From NCBI GenBank assembly GCA_044426425.1, contig JAWXUN010000001.1, positions 1-36,416 on the forward strand: a stretch of DNA of 36,416 bases, given 5' to 3'. A model generated the notes under the pieces. The model made no database searches. It was not told the origin of the DNA and saw only the letters and a program-made list of their open reading frames with translations. Below are positions 16,701 to 22,873 of this stretch, in pieces (within the stretch, counting starts at the first letter, position 1; each line of letters begins with the position of its first letter). Origin of the DNA: Clostridia bacterium (GTDB taxonomy: Bacteria > Bacillota > Clostridia > Oscillospirales > Acutalibacteraceae). Position numbers and translations under genes: made by a program.

Positions 16701-18389
16701 CCAAACATCATCAAGCACTAGTTTTGCATTTTCATCAACAATTAAACCTGCTGTTTCATCTCCATATTCTTCATGTTCTAGTAAAAAATAATCTTTACCA
16801 TTTCTAACATCTTTGTCTATAACATACCAAGTTCCAATATGTCCCTCAACTTCAATGTTGTCACTTTTTTCATCTAAAATAATATTTTTTTCTGTACCTA
16901 TCTCTTTTTTATCAGCTGTGATATAATTTGTTTTAACTTGCTCGTTTTCTTTCTCGCAAACAAGAACATTATAACCTTTTGCGTTTAAATAATTTGTATA
17001 CATATCTAGTGAGTGTGCAGGTATGCCAACCATAGTGACTTTTTCGTCACTATTAATAGATATATTTCTTTTAGTTAAAGTTAAATCTAGTTTTTCAGCC
17101 ATTATTTCGGCATCAGCGTTGTAAGCTTCAAAAAAATCACCTAAGCGATATAGTAATATATCATCTTGGTGATTTCCTTTTACATCTAAATAGCCTTGGT
17201 AAAATGGCTTGTATTCTAAAGAAATAGCGGACTCACTTGGTGCTTGTGCACTTTGTTCGTCCGCTATTGGTTCTGCTATATTTGTAAACAAGTTTGTTTG
17301 TTCGCTTGTTACTTGGTCTTGCTTTAGTTGTATATCAAGTCCTTTATCACGAAGTTCTCCGCTTCTTCGTTCAAATTCATCATGTGCCTTGCCCACTCTA
17401 TCGGATATTCCTCTTTGTTCGGTGGTGGGTTTTTCTCGAGGGACTGGCTCATTATTGTTGCTATTCTCTCTTTTGCTATCCTGTGTATCTCGTGTAGATG
17501 TGGGAACAGGGTCATGCTGAGGACTAAGTGATTGTACAATCCCGCTTTGTGCTCCTTGAGGTAATCTCTCCTCATTATTCCATATTTCCCTAGAGGTTTC
17601 ACTGGTTGTTCCTCCATTTCTAAGTCTGGAAGATACACGTTGCCTGCTTTCTTGTAATTGAAGTTGTTGTTTATCATATTGTTTGCTCCTCTCAAATAAA
17701 TATATGGTTTTTGATATATCTGTCAAAACTGGTTTAAGATTTTGGCTTATCGCTGTTCCTATCTCTGTTATGTTTTGTACAGTTTCGTTGTTAAAGATAA
17801 TCGAATGTTGTTCTTGCTTAAAAACTTTGCTGTTATCTTTGCTTAGTTTGCCGAGCAAAGAATATTCAATACTTTTTTCGAGAACAATTTTGAAATTATT
17901 TTGTTTGGTTTCGCTTATCTCACTATTATCATACTCCAAACTTATATTATTTGCAAGTTTGTGGATAGCGTTTTCTATATTTTCTTCATCAACACCATAT
18001 TTTTCACTAAACATTTTTTTTAGTGGTTCAGAATACTCTTCGTTAAAATTCCAAGTATATGGTGTTTTTGCATTTTTCTTTTCGTTAGTGTCTGAAATAT
18101 CAAAAACATATCTAATTTTACAAGTTTCATCTTGTGGGTCAATTAGAGCAATTCCAGAAGCACCAGACCTAACATAACGGTTCATTTTGTTTCCCCACAA
18201 ACGATATTCTGCACAGGCGGTGGCTTTTGGATTTTGTGCATATATCAAAACTTGCTCATGATAATCATATTTGTGAAAATTCGACATTACACTCAGTAAT
18301 TCACACCATTTAAGTGAATTTTCTGCTGTGTTTTGACTTGTTTTTGTATAAACTTCTAAATATTTGTTATATTTTTCAATATTAGCCAT
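10719..18389 (-). CDS. Polyvalent protein (2556 aa): ArdC-N-like, disordered linker, MutS-domain-I-like, LPD-type modules, N6-adenine DNA methyltransferase, SNF2-family helicase, coiled-coil tail
   Basis: Uninterrupted ORF; ATG 18389 behind AAGAAAGAGG. Motifs were located by hand (see the domain features below). Confidence 0.9.
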   Translation of the reverse strand: MANIEKYNKYLEVYTKTSQNTAENSLKWCELLSVMSNFHKYDYHEQVLIYAQNPKATACAEYRLWGNKMNRYVRSGASGIALIDPQDETCKIRYVFDISDTNEKKNAKTPYTWNFNEEYSEPLKKMFSEKYGVDEENIENAIHKLANNISLEYDNSEISETKQNNFKIVLEKSIEYSLLGKLSKDNSKVFKQEQHSIIFNNETVQNITEIGTAISQNLKPVLTDISKTIYLFERSKQYDKQQLQLQESRQRVSSRLRNGGTTSETSREIWNNEERLPQGAQSGIVQSLSPQHDPVPTSTRDTQDSKRENSNNNEPVPREKPTTEQRGISDRVGKAHDEFERRSGELRDKGLDIQLKQDQVTSEQTNLFTNIAEPIADEQSAQAPSESAISLEYKPFYQGYLDVKGNHQDDILLYRLGDFFEAYNADAEIMAEKLDLTLTKRNISINSDEKVTMVGIPAHSLDMYTNYLNAKGYNVLVCEKENEQVKTNYITADKKEIGTEKNIILDEKSDNIEVEGHIGTWYVIDKDVRNGKDYFLLEHEEYGDETAGLIVDENAKLVLDDVWNGFDDLDESEILLEDSNEPAINTSKTIMYSSIASEFVKSSSNFVDMELEVFTNEQGKEFALGYGNLGNGTTVWNYLDTESNDYKTVAHISETGTVKIYGDSLPPLAVAKINDDAEKFYPKEEWIEKVIKINDTYKFNALKVEIEAREISKSDYSINENFRGYTGEELTEALAVWEKKNIVSENQSPELIFFKDFHDLDIDYSKYNDGDVIGYNIDGVKYQVGKSGDMVYTTQTTSINPRGEILGDSMTSEVYDKFKAWKDSLNAPPVANRTEQNLYKKLYPYMQPIIENKTDYLKFKSEGYEDLVIENIGYGEYSIAHYYEQNGDLMRDPEITFKIENNGIYPTSFLQDSIGQYYSVDDVSPKVVADLKSFMITWFDNISHQNFKLEKKEELIEENYHITNYNLGIGTKSEKIRNNIEAIETLQTIESENRLAMDSEKEILSKYVGWGGLAEVFEENNNNFNTLKSLLNDEEYSNARATVQNAHYTSPTIINAMYKAIGNMGFETGNILEPSCGVGNFFGMLPENMKNSNLYGVELDSVTGRIAQKLYPQANIDIKGFEKTEYPDNFFDVAIGNVPFGNYKLYERKYEKNNFLIHDHFFAKSLDKIRAGGVVAFVTSKGTLDKENPKVRRYLAQRAELLGAIRLPDNAFKANAGTDVTSDIIFLQKRERPIDIECDWAHLGYDENNISINSYFVENPHMVLGKMEMVSSQYGMKSTCTAFEGANLSEQLDKAINNIVGEIDFESSFEEISEKNSNKNDVVPADPRVKNYSYAVIDNNVYYRQNSTMTLQKNNLDRIKGLIEVRSCLNEVIRLQLEEYSSEAIEQSQKQLNEIYDSFTKKHGLISSKANAKALAEDNSYHLLTSLENLNDDGTLKEKSAIFTKRTIKNFVIPTSAETPSEALAISIGKKGYVDVNYMAELLGDKYDLNRLVVELNGIIFKDPLHCGEENEKARFFTADEYLSGNVREKLGEVKCIVSKYPEFQNHIDMLELVQPKDLEASEIEVRLGATWIDKKYIRQFMYETLQTPDYLQVGYNSSYGINVDFSPVTGEWNITSKNAISSDNVLATATFGTERANAYRLLEDCLNLRDTRIYDTVTDIDGKEKRVINRNETEVAQQKQDAIKEKFREWIWNNQERRQFLTRLYNDKFNSTRPREYDGSHITFGGINPEITLKEHQINAIARIIYGNNTLLAHEVGAGKSFEMIAGVMEKKRLGLCNKALIAVPNHLTEQMAGEFLRLYPSANILVATKKDFETKNRKKFCARIATGEYDAIIIGHSQFERIPISQERQERMLNEQIQEVLTGINELKYKNSERFTIRQLERTRKKLEERLEKMQANYKKDDVVTFEQLGVDMLVVDEAHAYKNGFVFTKMRNIAGLSTTESQKSADMLLKCRYLDEITGGKGVVFATGTPVMNSMSELYVMQRYLQYATVKRQNLMHFDSWASTFATTSTESELAPEGTGFRLRTRFSKFFNLPELMNMFKEVADIKTADQLDLPTPTMTYTNVVTQPTEIQKEMIQSLSQRSTDVHNRKVDPSADNMLKITSDGRKIGLDQRLFNTMLPDDPNSKVNACINNVFKIWEDNKAEKLTQLIFCDMSTPKAKANSKEFCVYDDIREKLVSRGVPREEIAFIHEAKTEVQKQKLFEKMRTGSVRVMIGSTSKCGAGMNVQDRLVAMHDLDAPWRPGDLRQRSGRIERQGNMNKEAHIFRYVTDGTFDAYLWQTLEKKQKFISQIMTSKSPVRSCDDLDEFALSCAEVKALCAGDPNLKLAMDLSLEISKLKIEKADYKNIHYRLEDNITKKFPEDINNYKIAIAGLEKDMLMLKEKYPIKENFFNNMTIDNIVYKDKEIAGLALITKCKSLLDAQEMQLGTYRGMDMFLHYNTFSNEYNLRLKGEISHHITLGDDPRGNILRIDNELDRVEIKIFHNKNMLENVENQLETAKSELSKPFTKEDILSEKVKQLEKLETEMSLESKAENPQQKTQQEPKKSLSNEVER
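11520..13193 (-). other. SNF2/DEAD-like helicase domain of the polyvalent protein
   Basis: Walker A HEVGAGKSF (GAGKS at 13104-13118), DEAH box VVDEAH (12624-12635), motif VI QRSGRIERQGN. Confidence 0.85.
14685..15512 (-). other. N6-adenine DNA methyltransferase domain of the polyvalent protein
   Basis: SAM-binding motif I ILEPSCGVGNFFG and catalytic motif IV NVPFG (14967-14981). Confidence 0.85.
16950..17204 (-). other. MutS domain I-like module of the polyvalent protein
   Basis: DDILLYRLGDFFEAYNADAEIMAEKLDLTLTKR...MVGIPAHSLDMYTNYLNAKGYNV parallels the MutS N-terminal block (F[YF]R.GDFYE.F..DA...a..L.i.LT.R ... cG.P). Confidence 0.65.
17324..17677 (-). CDS. TnpV-like protein (117 aa) encoded out of frame inside the polyvalent gene (candidate overlapping gene)
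   Basis: ATG 17677 with GAGAGGAG (17686-17693) 8 nt upstream; the frame is stop-free to 17324. ...GNVYLPDLEMEEQPVKPLGKYGIMRRDYLKEHKAGLYNHLVLSMTLFPHLHEIHRIAKER...PIEWARHMMNLNEEAENFVIKDLIYN follows the TnpV family pattern as I recall it. Confidence 0.5.
   Translation of the reverse strand: MINNNFNYKKAGNVYLPDLEMEEQPVKPLGKYGIMRRDYLKEHKAGLYNHLVLSMTLFPHLHEIHRIAKERIATIMSQSLEKNPPPNKEEYPIEWARHMMNLNEEAENFVIKDLIYN
17700..18389 (-). other. ArdC-N-like (DUF1738-type) ssDNA-binding domain of the polyvalent protein
   Basis: FHKYDYHEQVLIYAQNPKATACAEYRLWGNKMNRYVRSGASGIALID fits the ArdC N-terminal pattern (yS..N..Li..Q.p.AT.v..y..W...gR.VkkGekGI.i). Confidence 0.6.
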
Positions 18390-18422
18390 AATCGTTCCTC
18401 TTTCTTTTTATTATTCTAATTA

Positions 18423-18454
18423 AGAAAAAACACCCTGCTTGAGCAAGGTGTTTT
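18423..18454 (-). terminator. Rho-independent terminator after the truncated HipA-like gene
   Basis: Minus strand: AACACCTTGC-TCAA-GCAGGGTGTT (10-bp stem, one G-U), followed by TTTTTTCTT. Confidence 0.75.
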
Positions 18455-18463
18455 CCCATTTAA

Positions 18464-19255
18464 TTATCGACAATCAAAATCATTTTCTTTATTATGATTT
18501 TTTATTCTAGCAATTTCTAATATTTTTCTTAACCTATATTGTATATGTTTTTCAATAGATAAAAGCCTTGCTTCTGGCAAATTATATCTTGAATGTCTAG
18601 TAAATTTAAAACCAATCAATTTTCTTAATTCTCTTATTTGTTTTAAACCTATTAATTCACTGCAAATTGTTTCAAATGAAAGTCTATATGGTGTTGTTCT
18701 TGTTTTTGCATACTCATTCAAATTTTCAAAATCTTTAGACATACCAAAATTAAATAAAGATAATCCATTATCAAAAATTGGTGCTGTGGATATTATTTTA
18801 CCACTTTTATTATCCCTTAAAACTCCAAAATTTCCAAAATGTCTATCTTCATTATAGATAACAGCATCGAAAATTAACATACTTTTTAAATCTTCTAAAG
18901 CTTCATTGCCTAAATTATCTTTGTAATAATCTAAATATGATTTCAAACTATCTCCTTTAAACAATCTACTTGCAGATATAAAAGATGTGTTAATGTCCGT
19001 AAAAAGTTTACACTTACAAGCTAATATACCTTTCCATTGTTCTAAATCATATTCTACTGCTTTTAGACCCATTTTTTTTGCTATTTGATATGCATAATAT
19101 TCGCTATATGGTTCGTTTCCAGTATTAATAGCACCTTCTGTACCACCTTTATATAAATATATTCCACTCGCTTTATCAAATCTCCAAGCTTTTCGGAGCA
19201 TACCATTAGTTGTTAATTCTGGTGATGTTGAAAAAGCTTGATTACTTTCTGACAC
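18464..19255 (-). CDS. HipA-like Ser/Thr kinase core, apparently 5'-truncated (possible pseudogene)
   Basis: Catalytic and Mg motifs YNEDRHFGNFGVL and APIFDNGLSLF are present. The first canonical start is GTG 19255. The frame stays open and protein-like for 40 more codons up to a TGA at 19376-19378, with no ATG, GTG or TTG in that stretch. Confidence 0.55.
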   Translation of the reverse strand: MSESNQAFSTSPELTTNGMLRKAWRFDKASGIYLYKGGTEGAINTGNEPYSEYYAYQIAKKMGLKAVEYDLEQWKGILACKCKLFTDINTSFISASRLFKGDSLKSYLDYYKDNLGNEALEDLKSMLIFDAVIYNEDRHFGNFGVLRDNKSGKIISTAPIFDNGLSLFNFGMSKDFENLNEYAKTRTTPYRLSFETICSELIGLKQIRELRKLIGFKFTRHSRYNLPEARLLSIEKHIQYRLRKILEIARIKNHNKENDFDCR

Positions 19256-19439
19256 TCCTGTATAGGCAACAAGAGATAAAGCTTCTGAAAAACGATTTTC
19301 AAATAAATTATATTCAGAAAAGCTTCCTTTAAATGTTGTAGGTTTAATCCAGTAACTATCAGTAAGTGATAAATATCACCTCAAATTCTTTATAAAATTA
19401 TTGTACCACAAATAGAAAAATAATGTCAATAAAAATGTA

Positions 19440-21785
19440 TTATATTTCCATACTATTGTTATTTTTTCTAAGTCTTTCTAAAATTGATATTTTTTCTTTC
19501 TTAATAGCAACTGTTCGCTTGCCGTTGCTCATAATCATGTGCTTATTATCAACAGAATTGTGATGAACACTATAACCTAGTCTTTCCATTTCTTTTAGTG
19601 AAATATCTACAATAGAAAATGTTCCTCTAGGAGTTTTTACACTCTCACCAGTTCTTGCTGTTTTCACAATATCTGTTTGTTCTTCGTATTGCTTAAATTC
19701 AGACTCGGACAAATAACTGTTTTGCGACAACATACTACGTATTTTCTTTTCCACATAAGAAAAATTCATATTAACATCCATGCTTTTTAGAGTAAATGTT
19801 AACATAGAATTTTCATATTTCAATGTAATTCCTACATCAGAAAAATCAACAGAATTTTGTTCTAACGCTTCTGAATACACAAGTTCTAAATGTTCTTCAA
19901 TTATATCATAATTGTCCGTTTCTTGATATAATTTATATATATCAATTTTTTTCTCACTAAAATTTCCTGCTCCAGAACGAATGAAAAAGTCACAACTTTC
20001 AGAAATGTTTTCAATTTCAAACATACTTAAGGTGATTTCTGTTTCAATACTATTTTCACTTTCTAATTTTTCGGTTAATTTGATTAATTCTTCGTTATCT
20101 GAAAGAATATTGTTAGCTTCTTGTATTGATATTTCTTTGTGAGGATATCTATCCTCGTTAATTAATACATCAATATGATTTACAATTTCCTCATAAGAAA
20201 TTGTAAAAGGTTGACCGCTACGCTCAAAATATAAATCATCAGCTTTTGATTGGATAACATCTAAACAATCACCATATTCAGTATAGTAGGAACTATCTAA
20301 ATTTTTATAAAAATTCAAAACACTTTCAAGCTTTTCAGCTTTGGAACTGTCAGCTGTGAAAACATCATAAATTGCGAACTGTGATATTTGTGGTACAGGT
20401 TCAAAACTTGGAGCGATTAAAAAATTATCTATCAAATTTGAAATTTCATTTTTGTCTAAATCATAGGTCTTATCTCTTATTTTTACAAAATTTTCTAGTT
20501 TGTTAAAACCAAATCCATCAACGTAATGAAAACTTATAGTGTTATCTATATTAACACCGATAATATCACTGACAGAAAGTGAATGACCATGAAAATCTTT
20601 TGGTAAATCAAGATTAAATTTTGTATATATATTATTGAGAATTACATTTACATCATCAGTATCCATTCCTAAATCGCTACTGTAAACTACGTTATAATTA
20701 TCACGAGAAACAGACAAATTCGCTTTTGCAAGTTCATCTATACGCATAAATCTATAATCTCTATTGTCTGAGTCCTCTATTAATTGGTAAATAGCAAAGG
20801 AATGTGAAAACTCTAAAAAGTTATTTTCCACACTATTTGAATTGTTTTCTATTCCGTCCATTGTTTTTCTATAATTATAGTAATTTAACCATTCTGATTT
20901 TTTGAAACCGAAAAAAATATCAGCGTTGTGTTCACCTATATTTACAATATAGTCAGTTTTCACTTCTCTTTCAGTGTTATCTTGGAATAGCATATATGGT
21001 TTGCAAAATTGCAAATACTCACTTACTGCCGTTGGTGAAATTGTTAACGGAAGAAACGGCACTATTTGCATATTTGTATAACCATATAAACGCATTTCTT
21101 CAATGCTTGCAAACGATGGCAAATATTCAGTAGAAGTGTATGTTTCAAATGCAGATGTGTTATATAAGTTTTCAAAAATATCAATATACTCATAAAAATC
21201 TTGAACCTTTTTCAATGTGTGCAAGCTTTGGAATAAATCATCAAAGCCATTCCATACATTATTTATTATAATTTTTCTGTTTTCATCTGCAATAATATAT
21301 GGACTATCTTCGTCATGTTTGTTTTCAAGAAGAAAAAAATCTTTTTCCTCTACAATTGTAGAGTCTAAGGTAAACCAACCATTTCCCATGCCCTCAAGAC
21401 TTATCATTTCAGACTCGCTAGTGATTTTTTCGTAATTATTTCTAAAATCGGCTACTTCTAATTTTTTTGTGTGCTGAATATCTACAAGCTCTTCAATTTC
21501 TCCGTCAAAATCATCATCAGCTAAATAGCTAACTTCTTGTAAATTGTATTCTGTTATATCCCAAAAATTCGCATTTTCGGTACTGTCATGGAATAAACAA
21601 TAATTTGATTGATATTTTGCAAAAATTTCTCTTGCTTCTTGTTCGTTTTTGAAGTGATTAATACGTTCTTTTTCGGTGTAACCTATAATATCAAGTATAT
21701 GAGGTTTTATATTTTTTTCAGCTAATTCAGAACAATTAATTGTTAAAGCATTCTCGGCTATTTCATAAACTAATATTTCTTTCAT
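19440..21785 (-). CDS. Large YodL-domain protein with LPD-type modules (about 781 aa)
   Basis: YodL-like block FAIYQLIEDSDNRDYRFMRIDELAKANLSVSRDNYNVVYSS...FNLDLPKDFHGHSLSVSDIIGV...HYVDGFGF (about 20487-20807). Start set at ATG 21785 (MKEILVYEI) with AAAGGA 9 nt upstream; ATG 21818 is also possible. Confidence 0.8.
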   Translation of the reverse strand: MKEILVYEIAENALTINCSELAEKNIKPHILDIIGYTEKERINHFKNEQEAREIFAKYQSNYCLFHDSTENANFWDITEYNLQEVSYLADDDFDGEIEELVDIQHTKKLEVADFRNNYEKITSESEMISLEGMGNGWFTLDSTIVEEKDFFLLENKHDEDSPYIIADENRKIIINNVWNGFDDLFQSLHTLKKVQDFYEYIDIFENLYNTSAFETYTSTEYLPSFASIEEMRLYGYTNMQIVPFLPLTISPTAVSEYLQFCKPYMLFQDNTEREVKTDYIVNIGEHNADIFFGFKKSEWLNYYNYRKTMDGIENNSNSVENNFLEFSHSFAIYQLIEDSDNRDYRFMRIDELAKANLSVSRDNYNVVYSSDLGMDTDDVNVILNNIYTKFNLDLPKDFHGHSLSVSDIIGVNIDNTISFHYVDGFGFNKLENFVKIRDKTYDLDKNEISNLIDNFLIAPSFEPVPQISQFAIYDVFTADSSKAEKLESVLNFYKNLDSSYYTEYGDCLDVIQSKADDLYFERSGQPFTISYEEIVNHIDVLINEDRYPHKEISIQEANNILSDNEELIKLTEKLESENSIETEITLSMFEIENISESCDFFIRSGAGNFSEKKIDIYKLYQETDNYDIIEEHLELVYSEALEQNSVDFSDVGITLKYENSMLTFTLKSMDVNMNFSYVEKKIRSMLSQNSYLSESEFKQYEEQTDIVKTARTGESVKTPRGTFSIVDISLKEMERLGYSVHHNSVDNKHMIMSNGKRTVAIKKEKISILERLRKNNNSMEI

Positions 21786-21824
21786 GGGTAAAGTCCTTTC
21801 GTAATACAAAAACTGCATAGTTTT

Positions 21825-22481
21825 CTACACAGTTTTTGTTAGTATATTGTATTTTAATTTTCCTAGTTCAAATAATAATGCTAATCTAAAATCAACTATT
21901 TTAGATAACTTTTCGTTAGTTATTGAACTATATGCGTAATCATCTTTGTAGTAAATATATGGATATATCATTGTCATATCCACTTTCTCAGCTTTAATAA
22001 AGCCTTTTTTTAAAAGCGAACCTGCGGTACTTGAGTGTATCCCGTTATATACATAAGCGATATCTAAATCAGCAAAATAATAAGCTTTATGATTATTTGT
22101 AAAATTAATAAAATCATTTTTAGTAATTGTTAGAATTGATTTTACAAATTTTTCAATGCTCCAAGGTATAGTTATCACAGTAGATTTTGACAAATCAACT
22201 ACCACCTCTTCGTTTGTATAATGATTTTCCATAATTCTATTTTCGGTTATTACTGTAAAGGGTGCTAAAAAAATATCATTTAACTTTCTGCTAAAATCTT
22301 TATAAATAATATCACTTAACAAGCTATACTTTATATCACTTTTTACAATCTCAATTGCACTATTTAAGATAGTTATTTTTTCTTCGTCTGTACCTGCATA
22401 TTTTACAAGATAATTAACTTTCTTGAAAGCAAAAGTAAAATCCGTTAATGTTACTTTCTCTTTTTTGAAAAACTTAAACAT
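21825..22481 (-). CDS. Uncharacterised 218-aa protein, paralogue of 28569-29237 (cassette B, large gene)
   Basis: Shares NNH.A.Y...LD.AY..NG.HSS.AG...KKG.I.A...D.T..Y and DFRL.LLFE.GK.KY with the 222-aa protein. AAGGTGG SD overlaps the upstream stop. Confidence 0.75.
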   Translation of the reverse strand: MFKFFKKEKVTLTDFTFAFKKVNYLVKYAGTDEEKITILNSAIEIVKSDIKYSLLSDIIYKDFSRKLNDIFLAPFTVITENRIMENHYTNEEVVVDLSKSTVITIPWSIEKFVKSILTITKNDFINFTNNHKAYYFADLDIAYVYNGIHSSTAGSLLKKGFIKAEKVDMTMIYPYIYYKDDYAYSSITNEKLSKIVDFRLALLFELGKLKYNILTKTV

Positions 22482-22492
22482 ATCAAACCACC

Positions 22493-22873
22493 TTAGAAGT
22501 ATTTTTTTAGCATATTACTAATACCATACAATACTCTATCTTGCAATACGTTCTCGTAATGATTAAAATTAACGATGTCATTACATACATCAATATATTT
22601 TTGGTTTTTCATTGATATATCAAGAAGTATAAGTCTATCTAAATATGTGAAGTAATGAAAATTTTCAACAGATTTTTTTTCGTGCTTAATAGTCAATAAA
22701 CATTTGTAAAATTCTTTGATAACTTTTTTTGCCTCTTTATTTTCTTTAATGTTGACATCATAGCCATGATAAATATAATCATATTTATCATGTAGGAATG
22801 TAGTAACTACTTCAATAGAATTGTTTAATTTTTTGCGTTGTTTAAACACTTGCAATCCCTCATCGTGCATCAT
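22493..22873 (-). CDS. Uncharacterised 126-aa protein (cassette B, small gene)
   Basis: ATGATG at 22873-22868 overlaps the Toprim gene end by 14 nt. Weak similarity to the 113-aa protein at 29241-29582 (C-terminal ..LKKY[FL]). Confidence 0.6.
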   Translation of the reverse strand: MMHDEGLQVFKQRKKLNNSIEVVTTFLHDKYDYIYHGYDVNIKENKEAKKVIKEFYKCLLTIKHEKKSVENFHYFTYLDRLILLDISMKNQKYIDVCNDIVNFNHYENVLQDRVLYGISNMLKKYF

